Assembly (NCBI GenBank): GCA_020725605.1 | Contig: DYER01000029.1 | Location: 1-60,375 of the forward strand | DNA: 60,375 nucleotides | Source: Ammonifex sp. | Lineage (GTDB): Bacteria; Bacillota; Desulfotomaculia; Desulfotomaculales; DYER01 | Direction of reading: 5' to 3' | Shown: positions 36,807 to 45,031 of the stretch, in pieces | Numbering within the stretch: the first letter of the stretch is position 1 | Layout of the letters: every line of letters begins with the position of its first letter | Notes under the pieces: generated by a model | Database searches by the model: none | What the model saw: only the letters and a program-made list of their open reading frames with translations | Told to the model about the DNA's origin: nothing | Translations under genes and position numbers: made by a program

Positions 36807-37568
36807 CTACCACCAGTACAGGGGGTAACGCCGTCCGGGCACGCAGTTGTTGAAGATCAGGGCAATGAGGACCAGCAGGGCCGCGCCGGCGAAAACGGGC
36901 GTGAGCACGAAGGCGTAGCCCTGGCCCTGGGCCACGGCCACGAAGGCGGTGGCGCCGCCGGGCGGGTGCAGGGTGCGGGTGACCAGCATGACCAGGACGG
37001 CCAGGCCCACGCCCAGGGTGATGGTCCACCAGGTGGTCCCCAGGAGTTGGCCGATGGCTACGCCCGCCAGGGCCGAGACCACGTGTCCGCCGACCACGTT
37101 GCGCGGCTGGGCGAAGGGGCTGGCGGGCGCGCCGTAGAGCAGGGCCGCCGTGGCGCCGAAGGAGGCCACCAGGAGCGGCAGGCCGTAGTGGAAGCTCAGG
37201 AAGGAGACCACGCCCACGCCCAGGACGCTCCCGGCGGCCGCGCACCACACCTCGCCCGCGGCCGGACGGGGCGGGCAGCTGGCGCACGGACGTATGCGGT
37301 ACAGGATGCGCGACACCGGGCCGACGGCGCCGTTCTGGGGCGCGGTGCGGGACCCCCCGGTCGCGCCCGCGGGACCGCGCGGGCGTTCGTTGTGTGCGGC
37401 CCGGGCCGGCGCGGCGGTCCCGTGCCCCTCCTCCGGATGGCTCCGGTCGCCGGCGACGCGCACGGAGCCCCGGACCCGCCCTCCCCGGCCGGTATTCCCC
37501 CGGCCGACCGCGACCCCGGAGCCCGGGGTTTCCCGGGTCGCGGCCTTGACCGCGTTCCTTTCGGACAA
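36807..37568 (-). CDS. HPP-family membrane protein with an Arg/Gly-rich N-terminal extension
   Basis: The C-terminal 150 aa match the HPP family (FGATAALLYGAPASPFAQPRNVVGGH...TLHPPGGATA). TTG 37568 follows GAGGAGGGA. Confidence 0.75.
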   Translation of the reverse strand: MSERNAVKAATRETPGSGVAVGRGNTGRGGRVRGSVRVAGDRSHPEEGHGTAAPARAAHNERPRGPAGATGGSRTAPQNGAVGPVSRILYRIRPCASCPPRPAAGEVWCAAAGSVLGVGVVSFLSFHYGLPLLVASFGATAALLYGAPASPFAQPRNVVGGHVVSALAGVAIGQLLGTTWWTITLGVGLAVLVMLVTRTLHPPGGATAFVAVAQGQGYAFVLTPVFAGAALLVLIALIFNNCVPGRRYPLYWW

Positions 37569-37652
37569 GGTGCATCCCTCCTCGGCACGCCGCCCCGTCG
37601 AACGGCCGAGATTCCCTTTGCGGTGGTGCGGACCTTGCTGCGGACTCCCCTT

Positions 37653-37668
37653 TGCAAAGTGCGTGCCC
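37653..37668 (-). promoter_or_regulatory. sigma-54 (-24/-12) promoter of the HPP gene
   Basis: The minus strand reads GGGCACGCACTTTGCA, with correct spacing and 15/16 match to consensus. It lies 85 nt upstream of TTG 37568. Confidence 0.65.
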
Positions 37669-37705
37669 GACGTTGAAAACAGGAGGGCGGCCGCAGCGGG
37701 CCGTA

Positions 37706-37780
37706 TGTCTCACCGGAATCGAGACACTTTCCGGTACAGAGAAGACGTAGCGGCGAACTTCGGAAGCGCAAATGTCTCAC
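37706..37780. promoter_or_regulatory. candidate enhancer (UAS) sites, TGTCTCAC motif cluster
   Basis: TGTCTCAC occurs at 37706-37713 and 37773-37780, and an inverted GAGACA at 37721-37726. This is the reverse complement of the motif upstream of the cooS promoter. Confidence 0.5.
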
Positions 37781-37872
37781 CCCAACCGTACGGATGAAAC
37801 ACGAAGCGGCGTAAATAAAGGGCCCGCTCCTGGCCGCCCTGTCCCTGGTGGCCACGGTGGCCCTGCGCCGAA

Positions 37873-39603
37873 CTACTTCCGGCCCAGATAGCGGTAGAGG
37901 GTGGCCCGGCCCACGCCCAGGAGCCGGGCCGCCTTTACTTTGTTGCCGCCGGCCTCCCGCAGGGCCCGCTGCACGGCCTCGGGGGTGAGCTTCCTGCGGC
38001 CCGCGGACAACGAAGGGGCCGGTCGGGAGCCCTCGGTTACCTCCGGCGGCAGGTGCTCGGGCTCGACGGTGTCGCCCGCGCACTTCACCAGGGCGAACCG
38101 TATGGCGTTCTCGAGCTGGCGCACGTTGCCCGGCCAGTGGTACTCCATGAGGGCCGCCAGGGCCCGCTCCGAGAGCCGCACCCCGGGGCGCCGGGCCTCG
38201 GCGGCGTACCGCTCCAGGAAGTGGGCCGCGAGCAGGGGAATGTCGTTGCGCCGCTCCCGCAATGGGGGTAGCGTGATGGGCACCACGCACAGCCGGTAGT
38301 AAAGGTCCTCCCGGAACTCGCCCCGGGCCACCAGCTGCTTCAGGTCACGGTTGGTGGCGCTGACCACGCGCACGTCCACCTTTACGGTCCTTTCCGCGCC
38401 CACGGGCTCGAAGGTGCCCTCCTGGAGCACGCGCAGGAGCTTGACCTGCGTGGCGGGCGGCAGCTCCCCCACTTCGTCCAGGAAGATGGTGCCGCCGTCG
38501 GCCAGGGCGAAGCGGCCCTTCTTGTCCCGGATGGCCCCGGTGAAGGCGCCCTTGACGTGGCCGAAGAGCTCGCTTTCCAGGGTACCCTGGGGCAGGGCCC
38601 CGCAGTTGACGGCCACGAAGGGGCCGCGGGCGCGCCACCCCTCACGGTGGATGGCGAGGGCCACCAGTTCCTTGCCCGTGCCTGTCTCGCCCTGGATGAG
38701 CACCGGCACGTTGCTGTCGGCCACGCTGCGGATGAGGTCGAAGATGCGGAACATGCGGTGATCCCGTGTGATGATGCCGGCGAACTCCTGTTTCTCGCCC
38801 AGCCGGCGCTCGAGTTCCAGCTCGCGCGTCCGGTCGCGGTAGGAGGCCAGCACGCCGATGGCCCGACCGGCGTTGTCCCTCATGGGTACCACCGACATCT
38901 CCACCCGCCTGGTCTCCCCGCCCCTGGTGGCGATGTCCAGGGTGTAACTCACCTCGTGCTCAGGTACGCACATACCCTTTTCCGCGAAGGAGCACCTGTG
39001 CCCGCAGAAACCCCCGGGGAACACCTGGTAGCAGTCGCGGCCCAGCACCTCCTCGCGCCGGTAGCCCGTGATGCGCTCGGCCGCGCTGTTGAAGAAGAAT
39101 ATGCGGCGGGACAGATCGTGGGCCACGACGCCCTCGGTGAGGCTGTCGAGGACGCGCACGGCGTTGTCCTTCAGCGTCACCAGGGCCTGGAAGTAGCCGT
39201 AGGCGAAGAGGGAGTGGACGCGCCCATTGATTTCGTCCCGGCACTGCCTCAGGGCCCGGAGGAGTTCGGCCTCGTCCCGGTCCCCCGCCAGGGGATCGGG
39301 CAGGTTCCAGTAGACCACGCCGTGGATGCCCTGGAGCACCGGGTACTGCTCCCGCACCCGGGGGCTGAGCACCACCACCAGGTCGAAGGGCCGGGGGCCC
39401 AGTTCCTCCAGGGAGGGACCGGGGGCGGGGTCCACCTCCACGCCGGCCTCGGCCATGGCCCGCACCACCAACGGGTGGACCCGGCCCCTGCGGAGTCCGG
39501 CGGCCAGTACCTCAACACCGGGGGGCGCCAGGGCGCGGGCGAAGGCCCCGGCCATGGGGCCACGGCAGGCGTTGTTCTCGCCCACGAACAGGACCTGCTT
39601 CAC
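37873..39603 (-). CDS. sigma-54-dependent activator with an N-terminal degenerate LMW-PTP/ArsC-like domain and a PAS domain
   Basis: GTG 39603 overlaps the upstream stop (GTGA). The N-terminus VLFVGENNACRGPMAGA aligns to the LMW-PTP P-loop. It is followed by a PAS domain, then GETGTGKE, GAFTGA and a C-terminal HTH (AARLLGVGRATLYR). Confidence 0.85.
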   Translation of the reverse strand: MKQVLFVGENNACRGPMAGAFARALAPPGVEVLAAGLRRGRVHPLVVRAMAEAGVEVDPAPGPSLEELGPRPFDLVVVLSPRVREQYPVLQGIHGVVYWNLPDPLAGDRDEAELLRALRQCRDEINGRVHSLFAYGYFQALVTLKDNAVRVLDSLTEGVVAHDLSRRIFFFNSAAERITGYRREEVLGRDCYQVFPGGFCGHRCSFAEKGMCVPEHEVSYTLDIATRGGETRRVEMSVVPMRDNAGRAIGVLASYRDRTRELELERRLGEKQEFAGIITRDHRMFRIFDLIRSVADSNVPVLIQGETGTGKELVALAIHREGWRARGPFVAVNCGALPQGTLESELFGHVKGAFTGAIRDKKGRFALADGGTIFLDEVGELPPATQVKLLRVLQEGTFEPVGAERTVKVDVRVVSATNRDLKQLVARGEFREDLYYRLCVVPITLPPLRERRNDIPLLAAHFLERYAAEARRPGVRLSERALAALMEYHWPGNVRQLENAIRFALVKCAGDTVEPEHLPPEVTEGSRPAPSLSAGRRKLTPEAVQRALREAGGNKVKAARLLGVGRATLYRYLGRK

Positions 39604-42425
39604 GCCACGCCCTCCCCCACCACGCGCTCCAGGAACAGGGCCACGAGGCGCGGGTCCAGCGCGCTGCCGGCCAGGTCCCGGAGCCTGGCCGCGGCCTCCT
39701 CCGGGCCCAGGCCCTCTCCGGCGGGGGGCTCGGCGACGAGCGCCGCGTAGGTCTCGGCCACGGCCAGAACGCGGCATTCGGGCGGGATTTCCTCCCCCTT
39801 GAGCCCCAGGGGGTAGCCCAAGCCGTCCCACCGCTCGCGGTGCTTTAAGATCAGGTCCGCCACGGGCGCCAGCTCCGGCACGGCCAGAGCGATGCGGTAG
39901 CCGAGCTCCGGGTGGCGCTCCACCTCCCGCCTCTCCTCGGGGGTCAGGGCCCCCTCGGGCCGCGAGAGAACGCGCTCCCCCAGGCCCGCCTTGCCGATGT
40001 CGTGGTACCGCGCCAGGAGCAGGAGATCCGCGGTCTGCCTTTCGCCCAGGCCCGCGGCCCGGGCCAGGGCCGCGGCCAGCTTCCGCACCCGTCCGGCCCT
40101 GGCCGCGGCCGGGCGGTCCAGGTCGTCCAGCCTCCTGAAGATGGCCTGCACCACGGCCTCCCGGGCCCCGCGGTTGCCCAGGAGCTTATCCCGGTACATG
40201 TTGTGGTCCGCCTCCTTCAGCAGGTCGCGCAGGCGCGTGGCCGCGTCGCCCGTGGCGCAACCCACGGACACGCTCAGGGGAAGTTCCGGCCCGGAGGCGT
40301 TGTAGGCCGCCACGGCCTCGCGGATGCGCCGGCAGGCGTCCTCAACCACGGGCCGCGGGGCACGCGGCAGCAGGGCGGCGAACTCGTCGCCGCCGATGCG
40401 AGCCACCACGTCGCCGGAGCGGAAGCACTTCCTTGTCACGGTCGCGGTCGCGATCAACAGGCGGTCCCCGGCGTCGTGGCCCAGTACGTCGTTGACCAGC
40501 TTAAGCCCGTCCACGTCCCACATGACCACGCTCACCGGCGCGTAGCGGCCCCCCTCCAGGCGCCCCATCTCCTGGTCGAAATAGGCGCGGTTGTAGAGCC
40601 CGGTGAGGACGTCGTGGAAGGTGAGGAACTTCAGCTCCTCCTCCATGCGCCGGCGCTCGGTGATTTCCAGGGCCACCTCCACCGCGCCGACCACCCCGCC
40701 TCGCTCGTCCCGCACGGGATAGGCCCGGATGAACCAGAACCGGCCGTCGGGGGACCGGACCTCCCCCTCCCGGGGCTCGCCCGAACGCAGGGCGGCCTCC
40801 ACCGGACAGCCCTCGCAGGGCCGGTCGCGGCCGTACCACACCTCGTAGCAGCGGCGGCCCACCAGTTGCTCCGGGGACAGGCCCACCGAGGCGGCCGCAG
40901 CCCGGTTGGCCCACAGCACCCTCATCTCGGCGTCCTGGTAGACCACCAGCTCCAGCATGGCGTCCAGAATGAGGGCCTTCTCGCGCTCGGACCGGCGCAG
41001 GGCCTCCTCGGTGCGCTTCTGTTCGGTCACGTCCATGTAGTTGCCCAGGACGGCCCGCTCGCCGCGGCACCGGATGGAGGCCACGGTCTCCATCACCCAC
41101 CTTACCTCGCCTTGCTTGGTGACCACCCGGAACTCGTAGGGTGCGGAGCGCTCCCCCTTGAGCATCCGGATCACGTTTTCCCGCACCGCGTCCCGGTCCT
41201 CGGGCAGGACCAGTGCCAGGGAATCCGTGCCCAGAAGCTCCTCACGGCCGTAGCCCGTGTGCTGCTCGAACCGGGGGTTGACGAACCGGAACTTCCCCTC
41301 CTGCACGATGTAGATGCCGATGGGCGAGCTGGTGGCGACGGTCTTGAAAAGTTCCTCGCTCTCCCGCAGCCGCCGCTGGGTACGCTCCAGGGCGGCCAGC
41401 ATCTCGTTCACCGTTCCGGCCAGGACCGCCAGTTCCCCGCCCCCGGCTGGCGCCACGCGGACCCCCGCGTTGGCGGCCTGCCCAACGCGCCGCACCTCCT
41501 CGCCCAGGCGGGCCAGGGGCGAAAGCACCGTCCTCTCCAGGAGCAACCACGTCGCGGCACCGGTCACCAGGCCCACGGCCAGCAGCGACAGGCCGAAGTA
41601 GCGCAAAGCAACCCGGCCCTCCCGGTAGATCTCCCTTGGCACCTCGACCCCCAGCGCCAGGGCCGGGCGGCCGTAAATGTCGGATACCAGGGCGTAGCCG
41701 GCCACCCGCTCACCGTCGAGGGGCCGTACCAGGGGAACCCCGGGCGCCAGGGTGGCCACGGCCGCCCGCCAGTCCTCGGGCAGGTCCGGCACGTCGGGCC
41801 GCCGGAACTCCACGGAGAGCCGGGTGGTGGCGGCCAGGCGCGTGGTTTCGTCGCGGTCCAGGAAGCGACCGATAATCAGGGTTCCCCGCGCCGGCCCGCC
41901 GTACTCGCTGGTGAGGATGGGCCGCGCGGCCACGAGCATGGGGCCCGCCGGCAGCATGAGCACGCCCTTCGTCCCGCTCCGCCCGTCGGGGCCGTGGCGC
42001 AACAGGGGCGCATTTGGCACCAGGTGCTCTTTCAGGCCCGGCGGCAGGGGGGTCTCCACCCCTGCCTCCAGGTCGAAGGCCTTGCCGAACACAATGCGGC
42101 CCGTGGTGTCCACGAAGAGCATCAGGTTGAACCTCTGGTTCACGAAGGTCGTGTCCACCAGGTTGGCCCTGATGTACTCCTCGTTGCGGTCCACCACGAA
42201 CTCGTAGGTGTCGTCCCAGGCGGCCCAGTCCACGCAGCGGGTGTCCAGCGCGTCCAGGGTCTCGGACAGGGCCCCCAGGGCGCGCTCCACGTTGCGGCGC
42301 ACGCTCCGGTCCTCGAGCTCCGCGAAGCTGCGGCCCAGCACCTCCCAGGCCACAAGGTACAGGGCCGCCATCACACAGGCCAGCACCAGGCCCACCGTTA
42401 ACGGAATTTTCAGACGCAGGCTCAC
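39600..42425 (-). CDS. membrane sensor CHASE4-HAMP-PAS-PAS-GGDEF-HD-GYP
   Basis: An N-terminal TM helix is followed by the CHASE4 signature DWAAWDDTYEFV and two PAS domains. Then come RSGDVVARIGGDEF and the HD-GYP motifs (YHDIGK, HRERWDGLGYP). Confidence 0.9.
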   Translation of the reverse strand: MSLRLKIPLTVGLVLACVMAALYLVAWEVLGRSFAELEDRSVRRNVERALGALSETLDALDTRCVDWAAWDDTYEFVVDRNEEYIRANLVDTTFVNQRFNLMLFVDTTGRIVFGKAFDLEAGVETPLPPGLKEHLVPNAPLLRHGPDGRSGTKGVLMLPAGPMLVAARPILTSEYGGPARGTLIIGRFLDRDETTRLAATTRLSVEFRRPDVPDLPEDWRAAVATLAPGVPLVRPLDGERVAGYALVSDIYGRPALALGVEVPREIYREGRVALRYFGLSLLAVGLVTGAATWLLLERTVLSPLARLGEEVRRVGQAANAGVRVAPAGGGELAVLAGTVNEMLAALERTQRRLRESEELFKTVATSSPIGIYIVQEGKFRFVNPRFEQHTGYGREELLGTDSLALVLPEDRDAVRENVIRMLKGERSAPYEFRVVTKQGEVRWVMETVASIRCRGERAVLGNYMDVTEQKRTEEALRRSEREKALILDAMLELVVYQDAEMRVLWANRAAAASVGLSPEQLVGRRCYEVWYGRDRPCEGCPVEAALRSGEPREGEVRSPDGRFWFIRAYPVRDERGGVVGAVEVALEITERRRMEEELKFLTFHDVLTGLYNRAYFDQEMGRLEGGRYAPVSVVMWDVDGLKLVNDVLGHDAGDRLLIATATVTRKCFRSGDVVARIGGDEFAALLPRAPRPVVEDACRRIREAVAAYNASGPELPLSVSVGCATGDAATRLRDLLKEADHNMYRDKLLGNRGAREAVVQAIFRRLDDLDRPAAARAGRVRKLAAALARAAGLGERQTADLLLLARYHDIGKAGLGERVLSRPEGALTPEERREVERHPELGYRIALAVPELAPVADLILKHRERWDGLGYPLGLKGEEIPPECRVLAVAETYAALVAEPPAGEGLGPEEAAARLRDLAGSALDPRLVALFLERVVGEGVA

Positions 42426-42568
42426 GTCGGAACCCCCAACAGGATCTCCGCTTCACCCGCAGGCCCGGGTGTGGGCACAGGGACCGCCACCCGTGCCGCC
42501 GCGGCGCGCGATCCCAAAACTTAATTCAGGATAAGACCCGCCGTCCGGATGGTGCGGCGCACCGTCCC

Positions 42569-43366
42569 TCAGGCCGCCGGGCCTTCGGACGGCTCCTCCT
42601 TCTCCAGGGCCGCGAGCAGCGCCTTCTCGCCGTTTCCGTCCTCGGGAAAGCCCACGATCCGGAAACGTACCGGGGTCACGCCCGCGCGCTCCAGCACCCT
42701 CTGTACCTTCTGGCGCACCACCTCGGCCCCCTCCCTGGGGGTGACGGGCAAAAGCAGCACCAGCCCCCCGCCCGGGGCCGGCAGGCAGGCGTCGGTTTCC
42801 CGCAGGACCGCGGCCACCCTGGCCCGCAGGTCCTCGACCTCCTCCGGGTCCAGGCCCGCGGGCAGACCCACCCCCAGCAGCGAGACCGGGGTGTTGCCCC
42901 GCCGGCCGCGCTTGACCTCCTTGCGTACTTCGGCCTCCAGCCGCAGGCGCAGCTCGGCGGGCGACGGCCCGGTCCGCGCCAGGGGGCCGACGATCTTCTC
43001 CAGCCGGGTCAAAAGGGCCTCGTCCGTGAAGGGCTTCAGCAGGTAGTCCACGGCCCCCAGTTCCACGGCCCGCCGCACGTCGTTGGGAGCCGCGGACACG
43101 GAAAGCACCATCACGGGCACGCGCGACAGCCCGTGTTCCTCCCGCAGGCGCCGCAGGGCCGTCAGGCCGTCCATTCCCGGCAGGTACAGGTCGAGGATGA
43201 CCAGGTCCACGCCGGCCACCAGCTCCGGAGCCGCCAGCAGGTCCTCGGCCCGGCGCATCTCCAGGACCTCCACATTGAGACCCGCCAGGGCGTTCTTGAC
43301 CCTGAGGCGTACCAGCGGCGAGTCGTCCACCACCAGCACGGTCTTTTTGTCCGCCAAAGGCATCAC
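42569..43366 (-). CDS. response regulator: REC domain plus degenerate GGDEF-like C-terminal domain
   Basis: The REC domain reads VLVVDDSP...LDLYLPGMDG...DYLLKPF. The C-terminal segment resembles a GGDEF domain but reads PGGGLVLLLP where GGDEF is expected. Confidence 0.8.
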   Translation of the reverse strand: MMPLADKKTVLVVDDSPLVRLRVKNALAGLNVEVLEMRRAEDLLAAPELVAGVDLVILDLYLPGMDGLTALRRLREEHGLSRVPVMVLSVSAAPNDVRRAVELGAVDYLLKPFTDEALLTRLEKIVGPLARTGPSPAELRLRLEAEVRKEVKRGRRGNTPVSLLGVGLPAGLDPEEVEDLRARVAAVLRETDACLPAPGGGLVLLLPVTPREGAEVVRQKVQRVLERAGVTPVRFRIVGFPEDGNGEKALLAALEKEEPSEGPAA

Positions 43367-43587
43367 CGCCGGTCACAATGCTGTGGTGCCGCGGAAGCAT
43401 ACCGCCCGCAATGATATTCGCGTCTTCCAAGCCGGATTCCTATCCGGGCGCCCCAAAAAAAATCGCCTGCCCAACCGGGTACCTGGCCTCGACCGCCGCG
43501 TGCCGTCGCCGCCGGGGAAGTCGCTACCCCCGCCCGGGGGCCTCTACTGCTCCCGATCGATCGGACGCCCCATGGCGAACGGAAGTT

Positions 43588-43617
43588 TTGGACGGGGGCA
43601 TCCGTCCGTGTTATAAT
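43588..43617 (+). promoter_or_regulatory. possible sigma-70 promoter of the Uma2 gene
   Basis: TTGGAC-N18-TATAAT, with an upstream TG (extended -10). A GGACGG/CCGTCC inverted repeat lies inside the spacer. Confidence 0.35.
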
Positions 43618-43659
43618 TCTCGTAACAAGCCCGCATTTTTGGCAACGGGGGGACCGAAC

Positions 43660-44208
43660 GTGGCCGTACCCGAGCACCTCAAGTTCACCTACGAGGATTA
43701 CCTGCTCCTGCCCGAAGACAGGAGGTACGAGCTGATAGGGGGCGACTTCTTCGTGACGCCTTCGCCGAAGCCCAGGCACCAGAGGGTGAGCCTCAACCTG
43801 GCCAACTTGCTGTGGTCCTACGTCCGGGCCCACGGGTCGGGAGAGGTCTACGAGGCCCCCCTGGACGTTTACCTCAGCCGCTACGACGTGGTGCAGCCGG
43901 ACGTGCTGTTCGTGCGCCGCGAGAACCTGGCCATCGTAGAGGAGAACTACGTCCGGGGCGCCCCCGACCTGGTCATCGAGATCCTTTCGGAGTCCACCCG
44001 CGAGCGCGACCTGGACCTGAAAAAGAAACTCTACGCCCGCCACGGGGTGAGGGAATACTGGATCGCGGACCCCGACGCCCGCACCGTCACAGTATACCTT
44101 CTGGAGGGTGACGCCTACGTACAGACCGGGGTCTACGGCCCGGCGGACACCTGGCGGCCCCACGTGCTGCCGGGCCTGGAGGTGAGGGGTGCCGAGGTGT
44201 TCGACTGA
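43660..44208 (+). CDS. Uma2-family (DUF820) endonuclease
   Basis: GTG follows GGGGGGA. Motifs are YELIGG, QPDVLFV, APDLVIEILSEST and EYWIADP. Confidence 0.85.
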   Translation: MAVPEHLKFTYEDYLLLPEDRRYELIGGDFFVTPSPKPRHQRVSLNLANLLWSYVRAHGSGEVYEAPLDVYLSRYDVVQPDVLFVRRENLAIVEENYVRGAPDLVIEILSESTRERDLDLKKKLYARHGVREYWIADPDARTVTVYLLEGDAYVQTGVYGPADTWRPHVLPGLEVRGAEVFD

Positions 44209-44412
44209 GGTCGGAGGCCCTGCTGGGGGCCGTCACCCCGGAGCAGTTCTCCCTGGCCCCGGACCCGGTGGCGCAGAAGCTCGTGCCGGTGGAGGTTTTG
44301 CTGATGACCACGTAAGGAGGCGGTCCTGATTGGGCGAGGTGCGCGTAGAAATCTTGCTGGAAAACTACCACGATGCCCTGCTGGCCCGCCGGGGCTATCT
44401 GGCGCGGATGCC

Positions 44413-44796
44413 GTGCGGCGGGAAAGGGTCCGCGTGCTGGCGGACTCGGGCTGCACCATGCTGGTGCTGCCCCAGGACCTGGTGGAAAGGCTGGGCCTGG
44501 AGCTATCCGGGGAAAGGATCATCGTGACCTGCGCCGACGAGCGCAGGGAAGAAAGGCCGGTGGCCGGCCTGGTGACGGTCCGGACGGGGGACCGCAGCAT
44601 GCAGACCGATTGCGTGGTCGGCCCGCCGCTGAGCGAGCCCCTGCTGGGCCAGATCGTGCTGGAGCGGCTGGACCTGCTGGTGGACTGCCGGGAGGGGAAG
44701 CTGGGCCCCCGGCCCGAGTCGCCCTACCTGCCGTCGCTGAAGATGAAGGGCGTGCGCGGCGCGCACCGGGAGTCGGTCGCAGTGTGCACCCGCTAG
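44413..44796 (+). CDS. retropepsin-like (clan AA) aspartic protease; the N-terminal part lies in another frame (44330-44410)
   Basis: The active-site-like motif is VLADSGCTMLVLPQDLVERLGL (DSG). The ORF 44330.. (TTG after AGGAGG) encodes MGEVRVEILLENYHDALLARRGYL, the expected N-terminus, one frame off. Confidence 0.7.
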   Translation: MRRERVRVLADSGCTMLVLPQDLVERLGLELSGERIIVTCADERREERPVAGLVTVRTGDRSMQTDCVVGPPLSEPLLGQIVLERLDLLVDCREGKLGPRPESPYLPSLKMKGVRGAHRESVAVCTR

Positions 44797-44831
44797 CAGC
44801 TACCGGGCACCCGAGTGCGGGGCGCTCCCCG

Positions 44832-44855
44832 GCGTCACCGCTGCGCCGGTGACGC
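44832..44855 (+). terminator. stem-loop downstream of the protease gene (weak terminator candidate)
   Basis: GCGTCACCG-ctgcgc-CGGTGACGC forms a 9-bp perfect stem. No clear T-tract follows. Confidence 0.25.
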
Positions 44856-44940
44856 TCAGAATTGTGACGATTGTGCCCCGGAGCGTTGGTCTGCGATCTA
44901 AGTAACTGCACCATCCGTGCCGAATACTAATAACGATGAC

Positions 44941-45031
44941 TAGGAGGCGAAGGGCAAACCCGCCGAAAGGCGGGGGCGCAAAGCCACGGGCCTACGGGTG
45001 CCGTTGCACCTACGGCGGCCGGGCTGCCTTA
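44941..45031 (+). promoter_or_regulatory. c-di-GMP-I (GEMM-I) riboswitch aptamer
   Basis: The sequence AGGGCAAACC-CGCC-GAAA-GGCG-GGGGCGCAAAGCC-ACGGGCC...GGGCUGCC matches the conserved core of the V. cholerae Vc2 aptamer as I recall it (GGGCAAACC..GAAA..GGGACGCAAAGCC.CCGGCC). It sits in the 5' leader of the pilin gene. Confidence 0.8.

Noticed and set aside
44850-44940. A sigma-70 promoter for the riboswitch/pilin transcript (for example TTGGTC at about 44886, or TACTAAT at about 44925).
   Set aside because: No -35/-10 pair with acceptable spacing and match could be found by eye, so the promoter position is left open.
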